A stretch of 64,000 nucleotides of DNA, filler included, from Porpidia crustulata (taxonomy: Eukaryota): the NCBI GenBank assembly GCA_964255105.1. It is 3 parts of 3 records of this genome, joined end to end, with 100 filler letters (N's around TTAATTAATTAA, not from the genome) between each part and the next. Parts side by side here need not be neighbours in the genome. Positions count along the whole stretch, not along the records: positions 22,942 to 45,743 come from CAXUWE010000082.1; positions 45,844 to 64,000 come from CAXUWE010000190.1; 1 more part is not named here. One strand, written 5' to 3'. The stretch's first letter is position 1. The number at the start of each line of letters is the position of its first letter. This document shows positions 36,721-50,490 of this stretch, piece after piece. The notes under the pieces were generated by a model, which was given only the letters and a program-made list of their open reading frames with translations, ran no database searches and was not told the DNA's origin. The position numbers were made by a program, and so were the translations under genes.

Positions 36721-39048
36721 ATGTCCACGATCACGAACAGACTACACGATGCATTCGACCGCCGTTTCCCGGCTTCAAAGATTTTCGAGTACGAGGTTCG
36801 AAAGCCTCGCTTCAGAGGCACGAACGGCAGTCCCGGCGCCATCGAACGTGTAGATCATTCCACGGAAACCTGTAATTTACATCAATTATGCAAGTCATGC
36901 CAGAAAGTTTTTTCACAGTCGAAGATCATCAAAGGCTCATATTTTTGGATTTCGCCCAAGACGGAGACCTTTACACTACATGCCTCGATACTAGACCTCG
37001 AGCAATCCGTCGAGCAGCGATGCCATTTCTGCACACTTGCGTGGGAGGTTCTAGAGGACAAGGAAGGCTCCCTAAAGGAGTTGGTGGCAACGCTGAAGGG
37101 CGCTCGAATCCCCCTACAAACGTCATTTCAAGATCGATCTGCTTCTGTTCGCTCCCTGTCCCTATCTCATCCCGTTCAAGCGAAACTAGAGTCGTCTTCT
37201 TCTTCTACTGGAGACTTCGTTATACATATTATTTGTGTTGGAATGTCTCACGCTCACGAAAATCCTTGCAATAGAAATCCGCGGGGAATGTATTCGGTGA
37301 TTCGTCAGTGTAGGTAGATCCAGATATTATGTCGATAAAATGGGAGCTAAATCCAAATAGACCATGAAAATAAAAGACCGACGAGTACCTCTACGGCCAA
37401 GCAAAGCCTTACAACTTCGTCAACAGAGCATATGCGGCTAGTCAAGTTTTGGATCAATGAATGCACTACTAAACATGCTGCGTGTAATTCTGTTCGGACA
37501 GGTTTTGTGCCATCACGTCTGGTGTATATTAGTAAGAGAGAACCCCATCCCTCAGTACTTATGTATCACACGACTCCTGCAGATCGCAATATAAGATATC
37601 TGACGCTGTCTCACCGCTGGGGCAATACACAAAACATCACGAAGCTCACATCCAAATATATTACTGCATTTCAACAGAACATCTCATACGAAACTCTTCC
37701 GCGTACCTTTAGGGATGCAATCAAGATTGCGATAGCTGTCGATGTCCGATACATATGGATTGATTCGCTCTGCATAATCCAAGATTCTAAGGATGACTGG
37801 ATTAGAGAATCGGCCACCATGGGCTTCATTTATGGAAACTCGGTGTGCACGATTGCAGCAGCTGCTGCAACCGATGCCGAAGGGGGCTGCTTTGTAAAGA
37901 GGGATCCATTGAAGTATCTCGACTGCAAGATTGCAGGTGATTTGAATGAAGATGTATATGCAGTCCCTTTCCAACGAGACGCTTTCGGGGTTGTTAGCAG
38001 TTCTTCTTTAGTCACTAGAGCATGGATTCTTCAGGAGCGGATCTTCTCGCCTTGCATAGTACACTTCGGTGATCCAGTAGTGTTCTGGACTTGTCTTCAA
38101 GGTCAAGCGAGTGAGTTAAATGTGGGCGACTACCGCGGTGTTGTCCCACCATTACATAAGCCTTCTGTGGGATTTCTTGAGCAGAAACCCTTTAGATCCC
38201 CAATTTACAGCCGCTCCTTGTTCGATTCAATAATGACCACAAATTACGATCTATCGGACATCAAGGCAGCGTTGAGCTTTAACCGTTTATGGTTCAGGCT
38301 TATCTCGGAGTACTCCAAGTGTAACCTCACCATGGCCGGAGATAAGCTTATAGCGATGTCGAGTATTGCTCAGCGAATTCAACAGAAGACAAAGTTCGAG
38401 TACCTTGCTGGGCTTTGAAAAGAAATGCTTCGATTCAATCTCTGCTGGTATATTGAAATGGGTTTACAGCCGCCTCCCGCCGAGTATCGCGGCCCGAGCT
38501 GGTCTTGGGCATCTAAAGAGGGCTTCGTCCGCCACTGGGAGCCTATGTTTTCCTCACAGCGTATCAGATGGCTTGCCGATATCATCTCTGCCGAAACCAT
38601 TACTCATCCCAGCGATACGACTGGTACGGGCCAAATCAGCGCAGCTTCTATGGAGATTGCAGCGCCGATGAGGAAAGTTCGGTCTCCTCACTTCTCCAAA
38701 TGGTCGAATATCAAAGGTTTGGAGAGCGTTCATGTCCTTCACGAAGAAGGTGTAGAGATTGGGAGATTCAATCTAGACCTCATGCTGATTAGCGAACAAA
38801 CGCAGCAGATATGTCTGCTCCCGTTACTTATCGTATTGCCACATATTGATCAGGGCCAACACGCGAATTTAGATACTGAGCCTGAATGGCAGGAAATCTG
38901 TGGTTTGGTGCTCCTCGCTCCACCAAACCATGAAATACCGCCTTATTATGAAAGAATTGGTTTCTTCAAGTTCTACTGCAAGTCACCAGATTTCCACTTG
39001 ATTAAAATGTTCGATGAACTTGACAGAGAAAAAGTCACGATTCGATGA
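36721..39048 (+). pseudogene. HET-domain gene with one premature stop (TGA 38416-38418); intron ~37310-37360
   Basis: N-terminal CxxC motifs; WINEC..H..C; PSRLV; YLTLSHRWG; LPRTFRDAI; YIWIDSLCIIQD; TRAWILQER; YLAGL*KEML..LCW (family consensus YLAGLW). PSWSWAS and YERIG continue in the same frame. Confidence 0.8.
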
Positions 39049-40640
39049 AGTGAGTTTATTGCCCTAGGATAGAATTTTGAATTAAGTAAAACGTATGAAG
39101 TAACGCTGGAAATAGACGGCCAATTGTTTATTGAAACACGCATCGCATGAACTTCTCCCTCAGGTCTACCATGAACACGCAGGTCATTTGGCGAAGGACG
39201 TTTCTAGGATTCCTTACAGCAATGGCATGATCCGAGGCCCCAACAGCCGGGTATTGGCATATGCAACAGATTTCCTGTACTTTGAGAAGAGTCCGGGAGG
39301 CCAGACCACAGTAGCGACTCTTCGAAGCACCTCAAGACGTTGCGCATGTTGCCGAGAACTCAGCGCCGAACAACAAGCTCCTGCAACGACGGCGATTGAT
39401 GTGAGATTTGGCATCAGGTACGACTAGACCACATCGAATACATAATATCTCTGGATTGAGTACCGACTTGACGCTGTTGCGTTGGCTCTCCTGTATCATC
39501 AAGCGTGAGTACTTGTGTACGGAGAGACTATAATCGTGCCTGCTGACGCCGAGTTGGAAGCACCTGCGCAATGGGGCCCGATCTAACGACGATTATCTCC
39601 AACGCAACTGTGCCGCCTCATATTTGCTCCTAGTCTCAGGGTTAGAATGCCTCAAAACTGGCACGCTAGATCGCTCTAAATCCATAGCGATGCTTACATT
39701 CTATTTTGATTCCGAACAACTCAAAATGATATTAATGATATGGACGGGGTGAGATCGGGATGCCTGAATACTGGTGCTTGATCTGATTGGATCAGGGATG
39801 GTGCATTACTAAGCACGGGTTAGACGAATTCGGACAATCGAAATTGCGACGACCGCGCCCTGTAAGGTTTCTCCAGACTAAGGAGACGATGGCACGACGG
39901 CTCGCACCGTGGAGAGGAAGAGTCTTGGTCCAGCTCCCCAAAGAATCTCCGAAAGCTGACAGTTCAGACATATCTTAGTCATACCATACTTCCTTCATGC
40001 CATGCCATGCCAGTCCGGTGGCGGCGGCGGCGGTACGTGGGTCGTAGTGTATCTGTGATCGAGTCCTCCTGAAGGTTCTCCAACTCGCCCAACTTCTCCA
40101 TTCGCTGCTTACGATGTGTGCTCAATGCCGTGGCCTACGGAGCACGGAGCAGATATTCTTGACCGAATTGCAATGGCTGGCGTGGCTCCTATCGACCAAG
40201 TGTTATTTTCCACAAGCACAAGAACAAGAACATTCGATGCACAGCCTCAGTGCGTCTTGTTTGACGAACATGAAGGTCTTCAGCCTTCAGCATTCTCTAC
40301 TAGCACTATCATCCCTAAGTAATCTCAATCATGGCCAGCCTCACCGCTGACTTGGCCTCGCCGTTTCATGTCTCCGCCCAACACAGAATTTTCTTTAATT
40401 TAATGTAAGCAGTGCCTAAGAGTTACTTTTCACCATAGCGTTGTGCGATATGTTTATACCGGTCGTCGCATCGTACTGGACACCTGTGGTGGCTTGTAAT
40501 CACTTCTCCGAATGTCTGTCTGTCCGAATGAATGTATATAAGCCAAGTCGTCACCACCGTGTCTATCCTCATACTCAATCCTTCTCTCAACCTGGAGGTT
40601 TCTGGAATTCTATAGTCGCTTCATCTCTCGTTTAGTAAAA

Positions 40641-43618
40641 ATGCATTCATTACTTTCACTTACCGCTTTGTTGACTTTGAGTACTTCCATTCTTTCTGGC
40701 GTCGAGGCCGTCCCCCGTTCCCTTCGTATCAGACGTGATGGGGTAGCTGCACCCTATTTATCTTCCCTTCCATCAGCTCCGTATGGCTCACAAGCCTCGG
40801 CGCCAAGTGCTACTCCAGGAGGACCGTACCGTCTCACTCCTGGCCCTTATAGCAATTCGACAGATAGTCCCTCCAGCAACTCTACGGCATGGCAATCAAG
40901 CCAACCTTCTCAGCCAGCTCTCCTGCCGGCGGTCCACTGGAACTACGATGTCTCGGACATCCGGAATCTGGCACCTGTAGATAGCTGCAATCTTTACTAC
41001 TCTGCGAACGGTGTCTCTGGTGTGTCCGCCTCATCCTCCATTTATCGTAATACTGATGCATTATTATAGACCCCGCCGTTGAGCATGTTTTCTCTCTGTT
41101 GAACACGAATCTCAGCTTCCCTTCCGTGGTTTTGGAACATTCGCAATTCGTCAAGTCTGTCGATTGTGCAGCAGACGGTCTTTTGGTAACCTTTACCGAT
41201 ATTACTGCATATAACTTTGCCAAGAACTCATGGTCATCTACTACCGATTTTGTCTTAGTCACCTACACCAACGGTTGCGGAAGTTCAAGCGATCAACGTA
41301 CCTTCTGGCTCATTGATCACCTCAACTTTCTCGATGGCCAGAACGCTGTCGATTGCGTAGCCCAAAAGGAGCTCGCAATCGAGGATGCAATTTTTGGTGT
41401 AGATATGGTCTGGGGTACATATAGACCTGATAACACTACCGTCAACTTCAACGCGCCTTCTGGTGGTCCTCCATATGGCAATTCGACGACGTCCTCAGGT
41501 GGAAACTCTACAGGTTGCTCGTGCGGCGAAGCTCCTTCGGCCCAGATCGACGGATTTCCTACAGCTACGTGTGGCTCTCCAGACTTCGACAAGGTTCTCG
41601 ATGATGAGATAGGATATTTAAACTTCGACTCCGCAGACTACAGCACCAGTCTCAAAGCGTTTGCCCCTGGTATCGAGGATACCAAGGTTGCTGATAATCA
41701 AGGGCTCACTCCTACGGGTCTGAAGCGTCGCTCGTATTTGCATCGCCGTGACTGGTTCACCGATAACATTGTTAAGCCTGTTGGAAACGCCGTCAACGAC
41801 ATTGGTCAAGGAGTCAAAAAAATTGGCGAGGATATTGGCAAGGGCGTCCAGGTGGCGGGGAAGCTAGCGTCTGATGCACTGGCCGTCAACCCGGAAATCA
41901 ATGCGGATATACCAATCGACATCAAAGGGCCTAAATTGGTCCCCTCGCCATGGGGAGATGCTATTGAACTATTCAAAAAGGATAAATCCTCGGACTCTGG
42001 AACAGTAACGGGCGAAATTGCGCTGTATTGTGTCAAATGTGGAGTCAACGGTAAAGTTCATCTCGGTGGATCGGCCAGATGGACCATTGCCGAGGGACTC
42101 ACCAAAGCCAATGCTGAAATGAAGGGGAATATTGAGGCAGGTCTACAACTTGGACTTGACGCCAAAGCTGCCTATAAGCAAACGTTCCCTTTCCCGATCG
42201 CACAAGCTGGCGTTCCGGGTTTCTCAGTCTCTGGGCTCATCACTATCGGACCCGTCATCAAGCTTGATGCTGAAGTCGAATTAGGGGTGGAGATTGAGGG
42301 TCAAGTTCTGGCCGGGGTCATCATGAAAATCCCCAACTTCCAGGCCAACCTGGATCTTGTGGACGGAACCAAGTCCAAGTCCGAGGGATTTGAGCCGGAG
42401 TGGGAAAAGATCTTCGAAGCGAAGGGTAAGATTACCGCGACTGCAGGCATTGGCTTGCCATTATCGATTGGTTTGGGCATTGTGATCCCTCCGTTGAAAC
42501 TTGACAAAACCGCATCTATCGTGGATAAACCCAGCATCAACGCGAAAATGACTTACACGGCCAGCACCACCGGTGGAACTGGTGATAGTAGTGCGAAATG
42601 TAACAACGGAGTCGGCTGGAGCATTGATTTCAAGAATGATCTCTACGCTGACATCTTCGGAGTCAAGAAATTTGATCTCCACAAGTTTGAGAAGTCCATC
42701 GCAGACGGGTGTATCCCCGTTGGTGGAGACCCATCGCCGAGTTCTTCCGTTTCCGACTCCGCTTTCTCGACGACTTCGGCCGCCACGGATACTGCTGTTT
42801 CTGCATCTGAATTGACCGCGACTACAGCGCCCAGTTCTGCCGATGCCTCAACCACCCCGTCCACGACTGCTGAAGCCGCAACTTCTGCTCCAGATGCCCC
42901 AACTTCCGCACCCGCACCAGACGCCCCTACCGCCGCTCCATCCAAAAGATCTCTCACATTCCCCTGCCTCCATCCCCGTCAAACCGCCGACCCCTTCGCT
43001 TTTGTCGATAATTCCGATGAACAGGCCCGGGCAGATTCCGCCGAATTCGAACAGCTTTCCTCCGCCGCTCTTGACGAAGCGAAAGCCTATTCTCAGAACA
43101 CTTCTCTGACTAACTCCGACGGCCCCAATACATCCTACGTAAACCTCCATGACCTGGATTCCACGTACTCACTCCAAGCCTCTACAGACGGAAATCTTTA
43201 TCTCGTTTCCCCCGCCTCGCCTTCGAAATTCGCCTCGGACAGTACTTTCCTGCTGGGCGATGACAACGACCGATACTTCCATTACCATCCTAATGTCATG
43301 ACCAAATATGGCGTTTCGCGGCTCCGTCTATCAGGCGCCGATGCCATACCCAAGGATGCGGATTTCGTGGCCTTGGTGCCTGTGGATTACGATAATAACC
43401 CTGGAACACCCAGTGTGTATGCTGCAATAGACACTCAGGGTGGGATCTTCTTCACGATGGTCGTTAATATCAGCGGGCAGCCCAGCAAGGTGTTCTTGGC
43501 AAATGATCCTGTGGAGGGGTGTAAGGCATTAGAAAATGAGAAGTTGCGGTTTACGGTTACCGGTGGGGTGGTGGAGGATTGCTGGTATTTGCCTTGGGCT
43601 GTGCCGGCTGCGAATTGA
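40641..43618 (+). CDS. Large secreted protein (~975 aa) with beta-rich Cys-containing domains and an S/T/A/P linker (exons 40641-41019, 41070-43618)
   Basis: Signal peptide MHSLLSLTALLTLSTSILSGVEA; GT-AG intron restores frame; AKNSW..FVLVTYTNGCG..QRTFW domain; LYCVKCGVNG..ITIGP beta-rich domain; APDAPT repeats. Confidence 0.8.
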
Positions 43619-44507
43619 TGGAGTGGATCGAGTGAGGCATCGCAAGTGAGTTTGGAATAGAGGGTTTTGGAATTCTGGACCGGAGTGGACTCTGCTTGCA
43701 TTTTGGGATGAGAATATGTGGAACATGCATCTGGGACGGACAATCTCTTTTTCTTTTGATTTGGGACGGGTATACCTGGGAGTTTTGTTTTGACAGACTC
43801 TCTCTTCTTGGAATTTGGGGAAATACATTTGGAAATCTCTCGGTGGACTCTATGCATATGGATCTGTGATGGGGTAAGTGGAGTTTATTGGCATCGCGAA
43901 AAGCACACATACATGAGAGTATTAGCACAACGGAGTTTGCACATTATTTCAAATCATTCCGCATCATTTCTGTCGACTATATATCCTGAATATTGTCAAT
44001 GAAGTGAAGCCAACTTTATTCAATAGACTTGGAATATGGCCGTAAAATGCTTCAGGACATAGAGCTACCTGACAAGTCCTTGCGCTAGCGAGTGACCATG
44101 TTAGTAACTGGAGCTTATTTGCTTTGCAGTGAATAAGTCATTTGACATCGTGAGAGAAGATTGATTGATCAGAGGGAGTGATTTGAGATCATAGCTCATC
44201 TTGAGGATATAAAGAGGTCTTACGAATGAGGGGAGGTGTGAGTAGCGAAAATTGGACATCCGGCTCAAAAGGGAAAGGCGATAGGCGCACAGTCAGTCTT
44301 ACCCAATCGGGAGCTTACATCTGATCCACACTCTATGACTGTGCAGCCTGGAAGTGCAACGAGATTTCTCGCTGCTGTGCTCCTCAAGTACTTCTCTCAA
44401 AGTATTGAAGCTTTCGATTTCCGTACCTAATATACTCGAAACCGTACATACGGGGAAACGCTCTGCAGTATCAGTAGTAAGTATCTCCGAATTTTCGATC
44501 TTTCGAA

Positions 44508-45743
44508 ATGGAGAAAACAGTCATGGCGCCTTTGCCAGTCCGACAAGCTCAGAGGTCGTGGCGACGCTGGATGAGTCTGGTTGTTTTTTGTTTTGGATTG
44601 TCGGTCTGGCTACTGTATCCTACACAGTCGAGTCTGAAGCTGGCGTCGCCAAATGTTTCTCATCCCAGCTCAAAGAATTGTGTCTGCGATCCGGAAGCTC
44701 GTGTTAAAAGTGTAGCTATCATTGGTCGGTCTTTCTCGTCGTATTGTAATTGCAACTGCAACTGACACCTGGTATCCCAAGGTGCTGGCTCAGGCGGCGC
44801 TTCTGCAGCTTACTATCTCAACAAATTCAAAGACCCATGCAGCAAGGTGAATATCACTGTGTATGAAAAATCTGACTATGTTGGTGGTCGTTCGACTACA
44901 GTCAATGTGTTTGATGATCCCGCAGAACCGGTTGAACTAGGTGCTTCAATTTTCGTAAAAGTCAATCGGAATCTGGTATCCGCCGTCGAAGAATTCGGAC
45001 TGGACGTCGTGGACTACGACTCCTCAAAGATCGATAATACCGCCAAATTTCTAGGCGTCTGGAACGGAGACGAGTTCGTATTCCAGCAAAGTGACGCCAG
45101 CTACAACTGGTGGAACACGGCAAAACTTCTCTGGAAATACGGCATGAACCCCTATCGGACCCAAACCCTGATGAAGAACGTCACCGGCCAATTCCTCAAA
45201 ATGTACGACCCGCCCCACTTCCCCTTCAGCGACCTGTCCCGAACCGCCCGCGACCTCGGCCTCCTCGAATCCACCGCCAGCACCGGCGCGCAGTTCCTCC
45301 TGGCCAACGGCATCCACCCGCCCTTCTCGACCGACATCATCCAAGCCAGCACCCGCGTCAACTACGCCCAAAACCTTGGCCAAATCCACGGCCTCGAGAC
45401 CCTCGTCTGCATGGCCACCGACGGCGCCATGGCCGTTCGCGGCGGGAATTGGCAGATCTTCGCCAACATGCTGAAAGCCTCGGGCGCCGCCGTCTCGCTC
45501 AACACCGCCGTCACGGGCATCACCCACGACCCGACCTCCAACACCTACGCCCTCGCTTCCGAATCCCCCACCCTCGCCACCACTGACACCCACGACACCG
45601 TCATCATCGCCGCGCCCCTCCAATTCGCCAACCTCACGCTCCCGGCCTCCGTCATCGCGCCTCCGCCCGCAATTCCGTACGTCAAATTGCACGTCACCCT
45701 CTTCACCTCCCCGCACCTCCTCTCCCCCCTCTTCTTCAACCTC
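44508..45743 (+). CDS. Prenylcysteine oxidase/lyase (FAD-dependent); 3' end truncated by the gap
   Basis: SVAIIG|AGSGGASAAYYL dinucleotide-binding motif across an intron; ITVYEK..VGGRSTTV; VELGASIFVKVN; ASTRVNYAQN; VRGGNWQIF; YVKLHVTLF. Confidence 0.92.
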
Positions 45744-45843
45744 NNNNNNNNNNNNNNNNNNNNNNNNNNNNNNNNNNNNNNNNNNNNTTAATTAATTAAN
45801 NNNNNNNNNNNNNNNNNNNNNNNNNNNNNNNNNNNNNNNNNNN
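45744..45843. other. Assembly spacer (N run containing TTAATTAATTAA)
   Basis: Same 100-nt design as the first gap; both flanking genes are cut at it. Confidence 0.97.
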
Positions 45844-48800
45844 CTGCTTTCCTTTTCTTCCCCTCCTTCCGCCAGTACTCATCCTTCTCCCGCTTCTCTC
45901 TCCCTGCCTTCTTCTCTTCATTATCCGCCACCTTTTTCCGATACCCCTGCCGCCTTACCTCCTGTGCCGCCGCCCTTTTCGCCACCTTTTCCTTCCTTAC
46001 TGTCAAGATTTTCTGCATCAGGTCTCGCGCTTTCTTCTCTTCACCTCCCAGCACTACCGCGCGTTTCTGGAGATATGTTTGTTTTCTCTGTGGTTTCATT
46101 TGCGCAATCTGTGATTTAAAAGGAAGGTCTGCTGCCAGGGTACGTGGGACTCGAAGGGGGTTAAAGTGACGACTTTGGCGAGCAATGGGACGATAAGTGG
46201 AGTTCTTCTGCTGAGGTGTGGGAACTCCCTCGTCTCGTCGGACTTGCCCAGTCAAACGCATGCCTTTCCATCCTTCATCATCCTGGGTCTCGGTAGCTAC
46301 AGGCTCAAGCAAGTTTGTGACGGGATTATGAAATTTATGAGGTTTGACAGGATACCAGGCCCGAAGAAAGACAATATCGCTCATTAAGACCTTATCTTCA
46401 AACGTTGCTCGATAATGACCTTCAGGCTTACTGAGTGCTCTTTTGATTTGGCCTCGAATGCCGGAGACTGTGCGAATACTGGCGCCTTCGAATTTGGCAA
46501 TTTCCAAGGATGTGCTGAACATGTCACGGATAAAGGCGGTATTCCTAAAGATCTTGTATGGATGACCTGTAAGCTTAAGTTTCTTGACAATCTCGGTATT
46601 CTCGTCAACGTTCAACACCACGCCCGTTGCTGCTACCCTAAAGCCTGGATTCTTATTCGAAAATGATTGAACGCAGCAAAAGCCAGTATTGGGTGCAATG
46701 AGAGGCCCGTAGAATGTCCCAAAGCAATGCATATGTTCTGGTGTATACTTGAGCATGCGATTTCGCGTTCGTGAGTCTGAAATACTGTAGATGGGAAGAG
46801 TCTGAAATCGTCGCCAACCCAGTGAGAAGATTAGCGGATCGTTTGTTTTTAGTATCTTCTTATGCCATCTATGCCTCTTAATACGAACTTGAACAAAGCC
46901 GAACCGATCTTCCGTTGGCGTGAGACCACCAAGTATGACCGGGAAGCGGGGATTGAACGTTGCAGCGAATTCATAAGGAACCTTTTCCAGTATAATCCGA
47001 GCATATGTGCCAGCTTTGTATCCTTGCACCCTGACCCTAGAACTATTATCCAACGAATCGAATTCATCCCGGTTGATATTGAGCTGTCTCTGTATCTGAG
47101 CCTTTTGTGCGTCATACCAATCATCCTCTCCGAATTGTTCTTCTGTATTAGTACCAGTTCCTCTTTCGCCCTTACTATCGTTACCAAAACCTTCCCGATC
47201 TTCTTCTTCAAAGTGCAGCTTGAGCTCTTCTTTTTTCTTTGCGTTTTTCTCTCGTTCAGCATCGAGTGAAAGCGCTGGGTCTTTCTCGGGTTCTGTGACT
47301 GAAGTCATAGTTTCGAGGTCTTCGAATTGACCATCTCCTTCATCTTCATCTTCATCACCAACACTATCGGATCCTTCGTCATCATCTTCGTCATCAACTC
47401 CTTTCTCTTTCGAAAGACGTGCCGACACGAAACGTCGTCGGAGCACTGCCAAATTATCTGGATCATTCCATTTCTGAGCTAAGGCAATATAGTCATATCT
47501 TGGCACAGATCGATCTTCCAGACTATCTTCTTCATCCTCTTGTTGAGCCTTTCTAAAGAACGCCCCATCGTCCTCATTCTCGGTTTTGTCTTTGTCCGAT
47601 ATAATCTCGGTAGGTTCACCTCGCCATTTACGGCCAACTTCTGCTGGTGATATATTCTCATCGTACAACAGTCTTGCGAAATCCGATGCTCGATATTGTT
47701 TGGAAGCACTGTGTAGATCTCTTGCTTTTTCTTTTAGGTTCGACTTCCATTGCAGAGCAGCCGCTTCCGCGTCGGAATCATCTTCCATTTCCGAAACAAG
47801 TACACTTTCGAGTTCTTGATCTTCGATACTAGAGACAGAACCGATATCAGAGTCACTATCAGCAAAAGCCACCTCTTTAGCGGTGCTCATTCCACTCAAA
47901 GAGTCTTTGGTAGGTTTGAAGATATCACCTAATTTCTCATCTAGAATGTCTTCTGTAGACCCCAAGCCATCTTCATCGCTACCACTTGCAAACCCTTCAT
48001 CCTCTTCCTCTAATATAAGGTCATCACCCTCTTCTCGCTCCACAATCCTTGCTTGTCGCCTCTCCTTTCTACCCACATCTTCCTCATCTCTTTCATGCCC
48101 TTTTAACATACTACCACCAGAGAAAAGACGAACACCATCTTCAGCTTCTCCTAATAGCCTACGCTCGCTTTGTAACCCTACCACCATTTGTTCCCCGAGC
48201 CCTCTTTTCCCGTCTGATGTTTCCTTGTCGAAAGTTGATGTCTTGACATCAATATATACCGCATCCTTATCAACCAAGATACCACCAACGTCCGACATTG
48301 GTGCGAAAAGGAGCTTTTGTTTCTCGCCTAGTCTTCGCCTTCCAGATTTACCAGATGCTTTTGCAATAGTTTGATCCATAAATGGGGTTGGACAGGGATC
48401 AGGTAAACCTTCAATCATGGACACACTCAAGTCGCCCACTCCAGGAACATGTACACGAGCACCCTCGGCGGGAAAATTTGTTCCTCTTAAGTATCCGTAT
48501 AGAGCAATGGTTCTATCACATTTGGGTTCATTTTCAATGGCCGTGGGAGCGGTGACATCGAGAAAGCGATCGGCCAGGCAATAGGGATGCGAGTTTCTCC
48601 AAACCAGAGGCCTAGGATTCTTCATGACCGAGAGAAATCTCGAAAGATTATGTACTTCTCGATCTGGATATCGTCCATTGATGACCCCAGATAAATAGAA
48701 AAGCTTTGCTCCCTGGTACAACTCACTCCAGAATCTATGTTTAAGCCTTTTCTTTGCATCCTTCAGAGTACTTAGTTTTCGAAACAGATCCAGATGGGTA

Positions 48801-49454
48801 AGGATCCCGAATACGTTCCCAGGCATTCCGCTAGCGGAGAGTACATTTAAAAATTCCATAGTCTCCATTTCGAATCCAAAGTTACCGTCAATCATGAGCA
48901 AGACAATGTCCGCGATCTTCGAGATGTCAATCATACTGGCCAAGGAGTCTGCAGGACACTCTATAAAGGTAAGTCGTCGCCGTTTCGAAGTCACAACTGT
49001 GAGTGGACCACTGGGTGATTGTAGATTATGCTTGGTGTATCGTTTGATCAGGGACTTGATCAGTGTGGTTTTGCCGACCTATTTTGTGTTAAATAGAATC
49101 ACTAATTACGTTGGACTCGACATACCCCAGGAGGTCCAACAACAGCCACGATAATGGGTGGTGCCTCCTCCGGTAGCCGGTCCACCAGAGGTACGTGCAA
49201 TCGCTTCTCTTTGACCTGAAATGCTGTTAGGGAGATTCAATAGTGTATATTTCGAATGATAGTACATCGTGCGAGCGTGCAGCTGTCTTTTGCAGACGTC
49301 CTGGATTTGCAAAAGCAAAAGCCTTTGGATTTGAGCCTGTGAACTATTAGTGTATTCTCTACAATAGAAAGCTCGGAAAAGACAAAAACTTACCACCACT
49401 ATGTTTCTTCTTTTCCTTGGTCTTTCGATGGGGCCTATTGGCTTGATCGTCCAT
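45844..49454 (-). CDS. BMS1: Ribosome biogenesis GTPase Bms1; extreme C-terminus cut by the gap
   Basis: [11 protein letters not shown]..; [84 protein letters not shown]. Confidence 0.97.
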
Positions 49455-49739
49455 GACTGGCTCTTCCTATAAAGATTTCGCCAATTTACTCTACAATCGC
49501 GAAACTTTTCCCAGGCAAGCTGGAGCGGAACAACGAGTGGCCGGCGGGCGTCATTGCGGGATCCCTGCATTTGGCGTAATGGTGGGGTTGGCGGAGCATA
49601 TCAGCTTACGATGCAAAGCTTCCACCTGCTCATCATTTCATCATCTACTCCAATCCCACAGCGAATCGCTAATACGAAGTACATTCACTCCAACCAGCTC
49701 CTCAAGAGATCCATTTCTTCACTCCTCACAAAGTCCAAG

Positions 49740-50105
49740 ATGCTCTATAATGTAAAGTAATCCTGTTTCCACCGTGCTCCTCATACTAAGTCATACTCTT
49801 AGATCACTCTGAAGGATGGCGCTTCACCCGAAGAACTTTCAAAGTATGCTCCACGAGTTTGCCCAGAATTTTCGTTTTCTTACATTTACAACAAGAGCCA
49901 AAGAGACTGCGAAATCTCAAGGCGGAACAATCAAGCATGAGTTTACTTTAATCAAGGGTTTTACGTACGCTTCAGGGTCCATGATACTCGTTCGTTTATG
50001 CTGACTTGGTCTCTCAGGGTTGAGTTCCCGAACGATGCTGTCCACACCCTTGAGTCCAACCAGTACCTCCACGTCGAGCAAGACGGGGTGGTCAAGACCC
50101 AATAG
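49740..50105 (+). CDS. Small peptidase inhibitor I9 (subtilisin-propeptide-like) protein, 69 aa, 4 exons
   Basis: Exons 49740-49751, 49803-49843, 49896-49964, 50018-50105 total 210 nt: MLYNITLKDGASPEELSKAKETAKSQGGTIKHEFTLIKGFTVEFPNDAVHTLESNQYLHVEQDGVVKTQ*. GGxIxHxFxLIxGF and VExD motifs. Confidence 0.88.
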
Positions 50106-50490
50106 ACTAGCAGGGAGAGGCATCGTGGTGTTTGTTTCAGAGCAATGAGGGATATTCGATCGAATTAATAATGATGATGGACGATCACGAATGAATGGCG
50201 TCTTCTAGATTTGCATTTGCAAGGGGATGGGCTGATTATTGGGTGAATCGGTAGCTGGACCGTCATTATCATGTAGACATAGCATCAATGGCCGGGGAAA
50301 CGAATGACAAGTAACGTGGCTAGCAATATAAACATTGCCAAAATAATCTCGACTGTACGCACCAATGGTCGGGGTTTCATGTCGTTCATTTTTGATCTCA
50401 AATCTGAGGATGTAAATCAGGGATCCGTCCCGCTACAGACCTCATCGAAACACAGCCATCCAGACATCGAAAGTCCGATTCGCAAATCCA

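Noticed and set aside
39131..39571. Short overlapping ORFs downstream of the second HET gene
   Set aside because: No convincing domain or gene structure.
45051..45716. 221-aa antisense ORF and other overlapping ORFs in GC-rich coding regions (also 4079-4540, 27447-27879)
   Set aside because: Shadow frames of real genes caused by high third-position GC; no motifs.
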